IMG/VR virus record: IMGVR_UViG_3300009103_000078
Span: 1 to 37,630 of that record
From: a virus
Lineage: Duplodnaviria; Caudoviricetes
Strand: one strand, 5' to 3'
Length of the DNA: 37,630 bases
Shown here in pieces: positions 8,279-16,683 of this stretch (position 1 is its first letter; every line of letters begins with the position of its first letter). The translations under genes and the position numbers were made by a program. The notes beneath the pieces were generated by a model. The model was given only the letters and a program-made list of their open reading frames with translations. It was not told the origin of the DNA and ran no database searches.

Positions 8279-10654
8279 ATGAATTACGACGAATACGGCT
8301 GGCGCAGTTTTTTGACTGAAGCCAGAAAACCGGCTAAAAAGCCAAGAATGTACACAGAGAGCAAATTGCTCCGAGAACTCGACGAAGACGAGCATTCATA
8401 TATCCAAGATGCTATCGATTCGATGGAACCGGAGGATATGGCGTTCAACGACCTATTTGAAGGTAAAACGCGCCTTATCATCGATTTCCAAGCATTTGAC
8501 GACACAAGCGATTTGGGCAAGTTTGCGAAAACACTCCAAGACCAAGGATTTACGGTAGATTGGGAAAAGGGCATGGTTTACGCTGAAAGAGAGGTGTCAA
8601 CGAAGTCTGCCACAGACGATATCATGGCTGCAATCACTGGCGCCCGCCCTGAGAAGAGAAAGAAGAAGATTCAGATGAAAATCGGTAAACTCTTTGGGAA
8701 AATTGCAGATGTTGCACATAGGCAGAATGAGCTACTTGCCATTATCCAGAAAAAGGCAGATCGCACTCTCCGTCACCCCGGCAACGTCACTGGCAATGAG
8801 GCTGCAGATGCTCTCAACGCAGAGCAGATGGAATCGTGGGAGCGGCTGCATAAGCAGATGTCGCTGTATATTCCCAATCCCGGTCTATGGCATTCGGGAC
8901 ATGAAGAGCTGATGGCTGACGCTCAGAAGATGGCAAACTTCTGGAAGGACAATGCCGAATATATTAAGAAGAACATGGACAAGCTGTACAGCGACAGATA
9001 CAGTATTATAATTACACGCGATCCTGTAGACATTCTCCGCATGTCTGATTTCCAGCGAATCACATCATGTCATTCGCCACCGTCCCGCGAACAACATTCA
9101 GAAGGATATTTCAAATGCGCAGTCGCAGAGGCTCACGGTCACGGCGCAGTCGCATATGTGGTCAGGACAGAAGAACTGCTGAATGCCACAGAAACAGATA
9201 ACCTTGAAATTGCCGAAGATGCGATTAATACCGGCGAAGAGATTTTTGCCGACGATATTCGCGGCAGTCACATTGGACTTACCATGAGTTTTGTTCCGCT
9301 TTCCCGCGTCCGTCTGCGTCAAGTGCGATGGTACCCACCCGATCCCACCGGCATGCAGGGTTTTGATGACGGCACTGAAGTCGCCATTCCTGAAAAGCGC
9401 GTGTATGGCTCTAAGATCCCCGGTTTTCAAAAAAGGGTTGCAGAGTGGGCTAAAGAGAGTCAGGCACAAACTATTGCATCTGCGCCGGAAGATGCCGCGT
9501 GGATTAAGTTTGGCGGATCTTACGAGGATAATAATATCAAGGGACTCATCCACGACCTGACAGGAATCAGTCTTGAAAGAGTCGGACAAAACACAGCGAC
9601 AGAAAACTCGCTGCCAGAAATGGATTTCCTTGAGTCAACCATGGCAGCAGAGCAAGAAAGAGTCAATGACCTTGCTATGGACTGGACTAATCGATACCAA
9701 GCATGTGTGATTGATGGAGAGGTCACATACGACGGCGGCGAAGGCTATTATGTAGAAGTAGATGCCAAGATGACTGTTAAATGGGACGCTGACGATTGGA
9801 ACCAGCTTCCTGACAGCCGCCGGGTTGTCGAACATTGGGCTGATGAGTTGCGCGATTTTGAATGGGGATTTATGGATGATTCTTCGTGGGGCACTCGCCT
9901 TTACCGCTTCTCTAATGATACGATTGCGCTGGATATACAACTGGAACAGGACTATATCACCGGTGGCGAGGGCTATACCTACAACGCCGATTCGTTTGAG
10001 AATGTTTGCTTTAGGGTTAACGAGGTTGACGACATGTATGATGCTGTCAAGGGCGAGTTGTCTCGCATGGCAAAGCGCGACGGATACATGGAAGGCGGCG
10101 CTCTCAACAACTTTGGCGCTGAAGTAGACAATGGCGAGTTTACCGCATACGAGTGGGATATTACAGCCGAAGAAGCAGACCACATGGAATACTACGGTGT
10201 CGAGGCTACGGTATGGGCATACCCAGACTACCCCGATAACATGTCGCCCGAAGACGTTAAGACGATTCTAATGAGCAGAGAGTTTAGCGTTCCCTTACGC
10301 AAGGCATTGGTGGAGCATGCATGGGCAGAAGAGGGCACACCGGGTGATGACAGGCATTATCCAAATATGATTACAAAGGTGTCAGAGCTTCGCACGACCT
10401 CTGGTTCCCCCATAATTAGGCTCTACATAGTGCTTGAGGTCAATGACAATAGCAGCGAAGAGCAGATTGAAGCTATGAAAGTCACGATTGAACATAACGA
10501 TGACGAAGACGAGTTGGCAGCAAGAGTGCAGATTGTGTTCAATCAGGTGGTGGGCGAGCACGTCCAGACCACCGACGACAGAACCGAAGAGCCGCCAAGA
10601 GACGTTACTAATGAGTCCATCGTTAAGAACTGGAAAAACTTTTTATATAGTTGA
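8279..10654 (+). CDS. Large acidic hypothetical protein, candidate virion-packaged protein
   Basis: 791 aa. N-terminal 'GWRSFLTE' and C-terminal 'NESIVKNWKNFL'. Central conserved-looking block 'ITRDPVDILRMSD...SCHS...YFKCA'. Confidence 0.6.
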   Translation: MNYDEYGWRSFLTEARKPAKKPRMYTESKLLRELDEDEHSYIQDAIDSMEPEDMAFNDLFEGKTRLIIDFQAFDDTSDLGKFAKTLQDQGFTVDWEKGMVYAEREVSTKSATDDIMAAITGARPEKRKKKIQMKIGKLFGKIADVAHRQNELLAIIQKKADRTLRHPGNVTGNEAADALNAEQMESWERLHKQMSLYIPNPGLWHSGHEELMADAQKMANFWKDNAEYIKKNMDKLYSDRYSIIITRDPVDILRMSDFQRITSCHSPPSREQHSEGYFKCAVAEAHGHGAVAYVVRTEELLNATETDNLEIAEDAINTGEEIFADDIRGSHIGLTMSFVPLSRVRLRQVRWYPPDPTGMQGFDDGTEVAIPEKRVYGSKIPGFQKRVAEWAKESQAQTIASAPEDAAWIKFGGSYEDNNIKGLIHDLTGISLERVGQNTATENSLPEMDFLESTMAAEQERVNDLAMDWTNRYQACVIDGEVTYDGGEGYYVEVDAKMTVKWDADDWNQLPDSRRVVEHWADELRDFEWGFMDDSSWGTRLYRFSNDTIALDIQLEQDYITGGEGYTYNADSFENVCFRVNEVDDMYDAVKGELSRMAKRDGYMEGGALNNFGAEVDNGEFTAYEWDITAEEADHMEYYGVEATVWAYPDYPDNMSPEDVKTILMSREFSVPLRKALVEHAWAEEGTPGDDRHYPNMITKVSELRTTSGSPIIRLYIVLEVNDNSSEEQIEAMKVTIEHNDDEDELAARVQIVFNQVVGEHVQTTDDRTEEPPRDVTNESIVKNWKNFLYS

Positions 10655-10662
10655 GGTGACAT

Positions 10663-11505
10663 GTGAACATCATTGGCTTAGGCGCTGCGGGCTGTAACAT
10701 CGCAGATGAATTCGCCCAGTTTCCACAGTATAAGATTTATAAACTTGACGTGGAACTGCCGAAGGAAAAAGGAAATTTTTTATTGCCAGAAGTTGGCAAC
10801 GTTGAAGAATACGAAACGATCCCTTTGAACTTTCGTTCATTCTTTAGGGGTCTGACCAAGGACTCGGAGGTGCTGTTCGTTGTTTGCGGCGCAGGTCGAG
10901 TATCCGGCGTATCGCTGCGCATTCTGGAGAAGCTGCAGAAGTGCAAGGTGAGCATCCTCTATATTAAGCCTGATCGCAACTTGCTCAACAACGAATCCCG
11001 TCTTCACGAACGTGTGGTAAGAAATGTGTTGCAGCAGTATGCAAGAAGTGGAGTGTTTGAGAGGCTTTACATGATCGATAACAAAGAGATAGAAAGAATA
11101 CTTGAAAACGTTCCAGTGATCGGGTACTATAAACGTCTGAATGAATTGATCGCCGGGACGGTTCACATGACTAACGTTTTCCTGAATACCAAGACGGTCT
11201 ATAACACTCCGTCAACCTCGCTGGCAACAGCCCGCGTTTCAACGTTCGGATTGGTCGATATTGAAAAAAATGAAGAAAAGTTGTTTTTCCCTCTTGACAC
11301 CATCAACGAAAGATGTTATATTTATGCTATCAATAAAGAACAACTGGAAACAGACGGAGATCTTTTCACGACTTTGCGCGAACGTAGCGCGAACATGGTA
11401 AGTGATGAAACTATCGTTTCGGTACGGATTCACTCTACTGACTATGACAACAACTATGGCTATCTAATAGCCAATTCATCAGAGATACAAGAACAGGAGG
11501 TCTGA
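10663..11505 (+). CDS. Divergent tubulin/FtsZ-family protein (PhuZ-like)
   Basis: GTG start after GAGGTG. N-terminal 'IIGLGAAGCNIAD' matches the tubulin/FtsZ T1 loop. 'CGAGRVSG' sits where the GGGTG(S/T)G signature is expected, followed by 'ILYIKP' and 'MIDN...N'. Confidence 0.7.
   Translation: MNIIGLGAAGCNIADEFAQFPQYKIYKLDVELPKEKGNFLLPEVGNVEEYETIPLNFRSFFRGLTKDSEVLFVVCGAGRVSGVSLRILEKLQKCKVSILYIKPDRNLLNNESRLHERVVRNVLQQYARSGVFERLYMIDNKEIERILENVPVIGYYKRLNELIAGTVHMTNVFLNTKTVYNTPSTSLATARVSTFGLVDIEKNEEKLFFPLDTINERCYIYAINKEQLETDGDLFTTLRERSANMVSDETIVSVRIHSTDYDNNYGYLIANSSEIQEQEV
11294..11322 (+). promoter_or_regulatory. Sigma-70-type promoter inside tubulin-like CDS
   Basis: TTGACA-N17-TATATT with TG extended -10. 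Confidence 0.55.
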
Positions 11506-11768
11506 TGTTGATGAAAGCCTATAATGGTACATTCACGAAGAAGAACGGAGATGCGCGAACAATGCGCTTTGTCCGTATTACAGATATTCCCGAGAAGTTT
11601 ATCGCTTCTCAGATTAAGGGTACTGGTCGAAAGTCCACCTTGTCTGAGGGCTTGGAACTTGTTTGGGACTTGGACACAAATGCATTCCGCATGTTTAATT
11701 GGAAAACAGTGGAAGGTAACGTGACCGAAATCGAGGTTGATAACCCCTTTGAAGAAAGTTCAAAATAA
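11505..11768 (+). CDS. Small SH3/WYL-like beta-barrel protein (DUF2693-like)
   Basis: AGGAGG RBS. 'FTKKNGDARTM...VWDLDTNAFRMFN' pattern is common in phage proteins of this family. Confidence 0.55.
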   Translation: MLMKAYNGTFTKKNGDARTMRFVRITDIPEKFIASQIKGTGRKSTLSEGLELVWDLDTNAFRMFNWKTVEGNVTEIEVDNPFEESSK

Positions 11769-11771
11769 TCC

Positions 11772-11800
11772 TTGACTTTAGCTTCAGAATAGGTTATATT
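11772..11800 (+). promoter_or_regulatory. Sigma-70-type promoter of the SSB gene
   Basis: TTGACT-N17-TATATT in an AT-rich intergenic region. Confidence 0.65.
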
Positions 11801-11858
11801 ATATACAGCAAAGTGAGAAATTCGTCACTTTGACTTTAACAACAAGAGGTAAAAAAAC

Positions 11859-12632
11859 ATGGCAATTGACCTGTCAAAAATGAGAGCCAAGCTGGATGCT
11901 CTCCAAAATAAAGATTCCGGCGACAACAAGTTCTGGCGTCCCAACGACGGTGAGCAAGCAATTCGTATTGTGCCCACCGAAGATGGCGACCCCTTCCGCG
12001 AGTTCCACTTCCACTATAACGTGGGACAGAACCGTGGCTTCCTTTGTCCTAAGCGCAACTTCGGCGATGAATGTCCCGTTTGCGAGTTTGCATCACAACT
12101 CTGGAAGGAGGGTGTAGCAAACGATGACAACGAGGCTAAGAAGATGGCTAAGGGGCTGTTCGCCCGTCAGCGTTTCTTCAGCCCTGTTCTCGTCCGAGGC
12201 GAGGAAGAATCAGGCGTTCGCGCTTGGGGCTATGGCAAGATGGCTTACGAGTCCTTGCTTGGGCTGGTTCTTAACCCTGAGTACGGTGATATCACCGATC
12301 CTCAAAGTGGCACCGATTTGGTTCTTACCTATGGTAAGCCTTCGGGCGCTTCTTTCCCCCAAACGAAGCTGACCCCTCGTCGTCGCTCTTCGCCACTATG
12401 TGATGAAGCAGTTGGAGGTGACGAGCGGTGTGCAGAACTTCTAGACAACATTCCTGACTTCGACGGACTCTTTGAGCGTAAGACTACATCTGATGTGTCC
12501 GCTATGCTCGATGAGTACTTGTCAGGGGATCAAAGTGCTGAAACTTCTTCTTCTGAAACTGAGAAGTATACCGCGACGACCGCTACGACAGATCCGGTTG
12601 ACGCCGCCTTTGACGAGTTGATGGGGGCATAA
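11859..12632 (+). CDS. Single-stranded DNA-binding protein, T4 gp32-like
   Basis: 'KFWRP..GEQAIRIVP', Zn-site 'HY...CPK....ECPVCE', 'YGDITDP..GTDL', acidic tail 'DAAFDELMGA'. Confidence 0.8.
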   Translation: MAIDLSKMRAKLDALQNKDSGDNKFWRPNDGEQAIRIVPTEDGDPFREFHFHYNVGQNRGFLCPKRNFGDECPVCEFASQLWKEGVANDDNEAKKMAKGLFARQRFFSPVLVRGEEESGVRAWGYGKMAYESLLGLVLNPEYGDITDPQSGTDLVLTYGKPSGASFPQTKLTPRRRSSPLCDEAVGGDERCAELLDNIPDFDGLFERKTTSDVSAMLDEYLSGDQSAETSSSETEKYTATTATTDPVDAAFDELMGA

Positions 12633-12681
12633 CGCCCGCCCACAGGGAGGCACAGGGTTATCAGGTGCCTCACACTTTATG

Positions 12682-12758
<77 letters not shown>

Positions 12759-12780
12759 CTTTTCTATAGGAGGAAACAGT

Positions 12781-12954
12781 ATGAATAAGCTTGAAGAATT
12801 GATCGCTTTGCTTGAAGAAGCAAGAGGCGATTATGATAAGTTTTATGAGAAAGGTAATAATGCCGCTGGTACGCGAGTTCGTAAGGTTATGCAGGAAGTA
12901 AAGAATGCAGCCCAAGACCTTCGCGTTGATATTCAAAACACCAAAAACTCGTAA
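12781..12954 (+). CDS. Histone H1-like protein (Hc1 family), 57 aa; not in ORF track
   Basis: AGGAGG RBS at 12768-12773. Translated by hand: MNKLEELIALLEEARGDYDKFYEKGNNAAGTRVRKVMQEVKNAAQDLRVDIQNTKNS. Contains the 'KGN.AAGTR.RK' motif. Confidence 0.75.
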   Translation: MNKLEELIALLEEARGDYDKFYEKGNNAAGTRVRKVMQEVKNAAQDLRVDIQNTKNS

Positions 12955-12957
12955 ACT

Positions 12958-13803
12958 ATGAAGACTCCATTGCGCTACCCCGGCGGTAAGTCACGGGCAG
13001 TTAAGCATATCCTCCCATACATACCGGAGGATATTTCGCGTCTATGCTCACCGTTTTTTGGTGGCGGTTCGGTGGAGTTAGCAGTAGCATCAAGGGGCAC
13101 CGAAGTCATTGGATATGACAAGTTGGTGCCCCTTGTGTGGTTCTGGCAAGCGCTCTGTGGCGACAATGACAGGCTGGCTGATGAGGTCGCTGCCTTGCGC
13201 ACGGAGTATGAGATTGAAGAGAAGGGCATTACTAAACTTGTAGAGGGATGCTCCAAAGAAGATTTTATTAACTTTCGGGAACAGCTACGAGATCCATCGT
13301 TCATGTTCTCGTACGATAAGGCTGCAAAGTTTTACGCGATCAATAGGTCTAGCTTCTCAGGGGCTACCTTTTCTGGTGGCTGGTCCAAGCGAGCATCATA
13401 CGCTCGATTCACTCAGTCATCCATCGACCGATTGCGTAAGTTTAACGCCGAGAATTTCAGGGTAGACTACGCAGACTTCCAGACGAGCCTCCCATGGCAC
13501 CCTAGAGCCTTCCTGTACCTTGACCCGCCCTACATGCTGCCTGAAGACGCAGCGATGCTCTACGGGCAAGCAGGGGGGCTCCACACGGGTTTTGACCATA
13601 TGGCGCTTTATAACTTGCTTTCCGACAGATCCGATTGGGTCATGTCATACAATGATTGTCCAGAGGTACGCGATCTATATTCTAACCGCAAGATCGTCAC
13701 TGCTGAGTGGGCATACGGCATGAAGAATGTCGAGTGGGTCGATGGCAAATGCGTCGGTAAAAAAACGATGGGATCCTCGTCCGAGATACTAATTATAGGG
13801 TAA
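12958..13803 (+). CDS. DNA adenine methyltransferase, Dam/D12 class
   Basis: 'LRYPGGKSR', motif I 'SPFFGGGSV', catalytic 'YLDPPY', 'WVMSYND'. Confidence 0.9.
   Translation: MKTPLRYPGGKSRAVKHILPYIPEDISRLCSPFFGGGSVELAVASRGTEVIGYDKLVPLVWFWQALCGDNDRLADEVAALRTEYEIEEKGITKLVEGCSKEDFINFREQLRDPSFMFSYDKAAKFYAINRSSFSGATFSGGWSKRASYARFTQSSIDRLRKFNAENFRVDYADFQTSLPWHPRAFLYLDPPYMLPEDAAMLYGQAGGLHTGFDHMALYNLLSDRSDWVMSYNDCPEVRDLYSNRKIVTAEWAYGMKNVEWVDGKCVGKKTMGSSSEILIIG
13788..13795 (+). promoter_or_regulatory. Putative late-promoter motif ACTAATTA
   Basis: At the 3' end of the MTase gene, 7 nt before the next ATG (13803). Confidence 0.45.
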
Positions 13804-14912
13804 TGATAATGCAACCAATCATGGAAGGCTGGCGCGACTACCTTAAAGAAGAGATTGTCACAGAGGCAACTTTAAGCTTCTCCCAGTTGGCGAAATCTCA
13901 ACAGCGTATGGCTCGCTTTATTGAAAAGTTGGAAAACGGAGAGCCTTTCGACGCAGTTGATGGCTCGCAGGTGACTTTTGAAAGAGACGAAGAGATTATT
14001 GCTGCACTAAAGAAGATGCTCTCTTCGGGAGAGATTTCAGCAGCCGTCGCAAGGCAGATGTTGGGTCGCAATTTCGCTCTTCGTACGACCGATGGTCGCA
14101 CTCTGCCGATTGGCAAACTGCTGAAGACTGCTGAGTTTGGCGGCAAAGGGACAGACTTCTACGTTAAGAAAGAGATTGCCGCAAGAGGTCAGCTATCCGA
14201 TCTCATAAGCAAGGCGCTTGCTGCAGCCAACACTGATGCGATCATTATTAAGGTTCTGAACTCGTCGGGGAAAGAGGTTGCAAGATATGATGACATTATA
14301 GGTATAGAAGATACGGTAAAGGTCGGAGGCGTAGATCCCAAAAGCGATTTTCAGCTTATCAGGAAAGATGGAAAGCCACCAGTTTATATTTCCCACAAAG
14401 ACGGCAGCAGTGCCAAAAGTTTCGGTCAGTGGTCAGGACTGAGTATCAAGGCTGGCGAGAAGATTTATAACCACCCCGAGGTAAAAAGTTTTATTGCTGA
14501 CTTGGAGCCACACCTACAGATCGCACCAGACGGCAGAAAACTGTACCCACCGGGGCTTAGTATCGGCAGAATTATTTCTGATAGAGCCTTGCAATACATG
14601 AGCATTTTTGGGCAAGACTATAGCCCCACGGGACCGGGCGCCCCTAACAACTGTGACTTGGTGGCTCAAGGGCTTTTCACGCTTGAAACAGAAGGGGCAG
14701 AAGCCACCAAAGATGACAACGAACCCGAAGTAGCATATACTTTGTCGGCTCACCATATGATGGCTCGCTTGGATTCAGCTATTGATTTTGACGAATCATA
14801 TAAGCCGGCTCTAGTGACCAGATATGCCACCGCACGCAATAACTTTGGTATTAAGCATTTGCGTGCCACAATCTATCCCGCTGGTGGCAGAAAAGTCCAC
14901 CAGTGGATTTAA
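13803..14912 (+). CDS. Hypothetical protein with PD-(D/E)xK-like nuclease motif
   Basis: TAATG overlap with the MTase stop. N-terminal 'IMEGWRDYLKEE'. 'PKSDFQL......VYISHKDG' resembles a restriction-endonuclease-fold active site. Confidence 0.55.
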   Translation: MIMQPIMEGWRDYLKEEIVTEATLSFSQLAKSQQRMARFIEKLENGEPFDAVDGSQVTFERDEEIIAALKKMLSSGEISAAVARQMLGRNFALRTTDGRTLPIGKLLKTAEFGGKGTDFYVKKEIAARGQLSDLISKALAAANTDAIIIKVLNSSGKEVARYDDIIGIEDTVKVGGVDPKSDFQLIRKDGKPPVYISHKDGSSAKSFGQWSGLSIKAGEKIYNHPEVKSFIADLEPHLQIAPDGRKLYPPGLSIGRIISDRALQYMSIFGQDYSPTGPGAPNNCDLVAQGLFTLETEGAEATKDDNEPEVAYTLSAHHMMARLDSAIDFDESYKPALVTRYATARNNFGIKHLRATIYPAGGRKVHQWI

Positions 14913-14924
14913 ATAAAAAACCTC

Positions 14925-14953
14925 TGGACATTCCAGAATACATATGATAATAT
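14925..14953 (+). promoter_or_regulatory. Sigma-70-type promoter of recA/uvsX
   Basis: TGGACA-N17-TAATAT with TG extension and an A-tract upstream. Confidence 0.5.
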
Positions 14954-14977
14954 ATAACCATAACTCAGGAGAATAAA

Positions 14978-16114
14978 TTGAGAATGGCACGAACTAAGAA
15001 ATCCAATGGGGCTGGCAAGCTTTCCATCACACAAATGCGCGATCTGATCAACAAGAAGGCTGGTCAGAACGTAGCGCACGATCTTAACGAAGAGAACCCA
15101 ACGGAGGTGAAGGACTGGATCCCCACCGGCTCCCGCTGGCTTGACTCTATTACTTGCCGTGGGCGGCTGGCTGGCATCCCTGTCGGCAAGGTGGTCGAGA
15201 TCGCTGGTCTTGAAGCCACCGGCAAGAGCTACATGGCAGCACAGGTAGCCGCCAACGCCCAGAAGATGGGCATCGACGTTATCTATTTTGATAGCGAGTC
15301 TGCTATTGACCCAACATTCCTTGAGCGTGCAGGCTGCGATCTTAATAACCTTTTGTATGTGCAGGCAACCTCAGTTGAGTTTGTTCTAGAGACTATCGAA
15401 GAACTGTTGGGATCGAATGACAACCGCATGCTGTTCGTGTGGGACTCACTTGCTCTCACTCCATCTGTCTCAGATGTTGAGGGAGACTTCAACCCGCTGT
15501 CGTCTATGGCAGTGAAGGCTCGTATTCTGGCGAAGGGTATGTCCAAGCTGACTGTGCCTATCGCCAACTCGCAATGCACGTTCCTTGTTCTTAACCAGCT
15601 TAAGACCAACATCACGCGCTCTCCGTCTGAGGCTATGACGACTCCGTACATGACTCCCGGCGGCAAGGCTATGATCTATGCGTACTCGCTACGCATCTGG
15701 CTGACCGGTCGCAAGGCTAAGGCAAGCTTCATCACAGATGACAAGGGTTTCCGCATTGGCTCCGAGGTCAAGGTCAAGCTGGAGAAGTCCCGCTTCGGTA
15801 CCCAAGGTCGCCAGTGCAACTTTAAGATCCTCTGGGGTGACGCCATCGGTGTCCAAGATGAGGAGAGTTGGTTTGATGCTATTCACGGCTCGTCACGACT
15901 CGCCCGTTCTGGCGCATGGTTTTCGCTGCTTGACAAAGAGGGCGAGCCTGTCGGCACAAAGTTTCAAGCTTCCAAGTGGACCGAGCGTCTACAAGATCCA
16001 GAGTTTCGCAAGACCGTTATGGAGATCATGGATGATGAAGTCATCATGAAGTTCGATAAGCGGATCGGCGAGGCTGCAGACTTCTATGAAGAAAATGAAG
16101 AAAAGGATGAATAA
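14978..16114 (+). CDS. recA: RecA/UvsX recombinase
   Basis: 'IPTGSRWLD', Walker A 'GLEATGKS', 'YFDSE', 'VWDSLA', 'LNQLK', 'TPGGKA'. Start could be the ATG at 14984. Confidence 0.92.
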   Translation: MRMARTKKSNGAGKLSITQMRDLINKKAGQNVAHDLNEENPTEVKDWIPTGSRWLDSITCRGRLAGIPVGKVVEIAGLEATGKSYMAAQVAANAQKMGIDVIYFDSESAIDPTFLERAGCDLNNLLYVQATSVEFVLETIEELLGSNDNRMLFVWDSLALTPSVSDVEGDFNPLSSMAVKARILAKGMSKLTVPIANSQCTFLVLNQLKTNITRSPSEAMTTPYMTPGGKAMIYAYSLRIWLTGRKAKASFITDDKGFRIGSEVKVKLEKSRFGTQGRQCNFKILWGDAIGVQDEESWFDAIHGSSRLARSGAWFSLLDKEGEPVGTKFQASKWTERLQDPEFRKTVMEIMDDEVIMKFDKRIGEAADFYEENEEKDE

Positions 16115-16165
16115 AAACTGATCTCATACGTCTAACATAGTGAACAAAAGGAAGGAGGTATAAAT

Positions 16166-16516
16166 ATGAAATTCCTTATTACGTTCGTGATGGCTGCTGC
16201 ATTGGCAGTCCCACAAACCGCAGACGCGCACAATCGGCATCGTCCAAACACCCGCGCAACTGTCACCGTAGGTACGCCTGCTGTGTCTGTTTCATGGGTG
16301 TGGGTTCCCGCCACCCGCGTCTATCGTGCTCACTGGTCACACCCTGTTCATGGGCGTGATTTCGGTCCTAATCGACCCGTTGCCCGTCCGCATGCAAATG
16401 CGAACTGGGTTCCCGGTCACTGGGTCCGCCGTCATCGCCGCACTGTCTGGGTTCCCGGTCACTGGCAGCGTACTCCGCCACGCCGTGCCCGAGCACATAA
16501 CCAACGTCGCCGATAG
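16166..16516 (+). CDS. Secreted Arg/His-rich protein with WXXGXW repeats
   Basis: AGGAGG RBS. Signal peptide 'MKFLITFVMAAALAVPQTADA'. Two 'WVPGHW' repeats encoded by a 19-bp direct repeat (16405-16423, 16447-16465). Confidence 0.7.
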   Translation: MKFLITFVMAAALAVPQTADAHNRHRPNTRATVTVGTPAVSVSWVWVPATRVYRAHWSHPVHGRDFGPNRPVARPHANANWVPGHWVRRHRRTVWVPGHWQRTPPRRARAHNQRRR

Positions 16517-16529
16517 GTGACAAAACTGC

Positions 16530-16567
16530 GCCTTCGGGGAGGCTACATCTCCCCGAAGGCTTCTTTT
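16530..16567 (+). terminator. Intrinsic terminator
   Basis: 12-bp stem GCCTTCGGGGAG / CTCCCCGAAGGC followed by TTCTTTT. Confidence 0.75.
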
Positions 16568-16574
16568 ATTCAAT

Positions 16575-16660
16575 GGGACTGTGGTGGAATTGGTAGACAC
16601 AAGAGACTTAAAATCTCTCGACCCTAGGTCATGCGGGTTCGAGTCCCGCCAGTCCTACCA
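16575..16660 (+). tRNA. tRNA-Leu(TAA)
   Basis: Acceptor GGGACTG/CAGTCCT, anticodon arm AGAGA-CTTAAAA-TCTCT, long variable arm, T-arm GCGGG-TTCGAGT-CCCGC, ACCA end. Confidence 0.95.
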
Positions 16661-16683
16661 TTCTTTATAGGAGCACACAAGCT

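Noticed and set aside
16159-16166. TATAAATA, the exact T4 late promoter consensus
   Set aside because: It lies between the RBS and the ATG and overlaps the start codon, so it cannot drive this gene; I saw no recurrence upstream of other genes.
16405-16465. 19-bp direct repeat as a possible mini-CRISPR
   Set aside because: Only two copies, in frame, encoding the WVPGHW protein repeat; no cas genes in the window.
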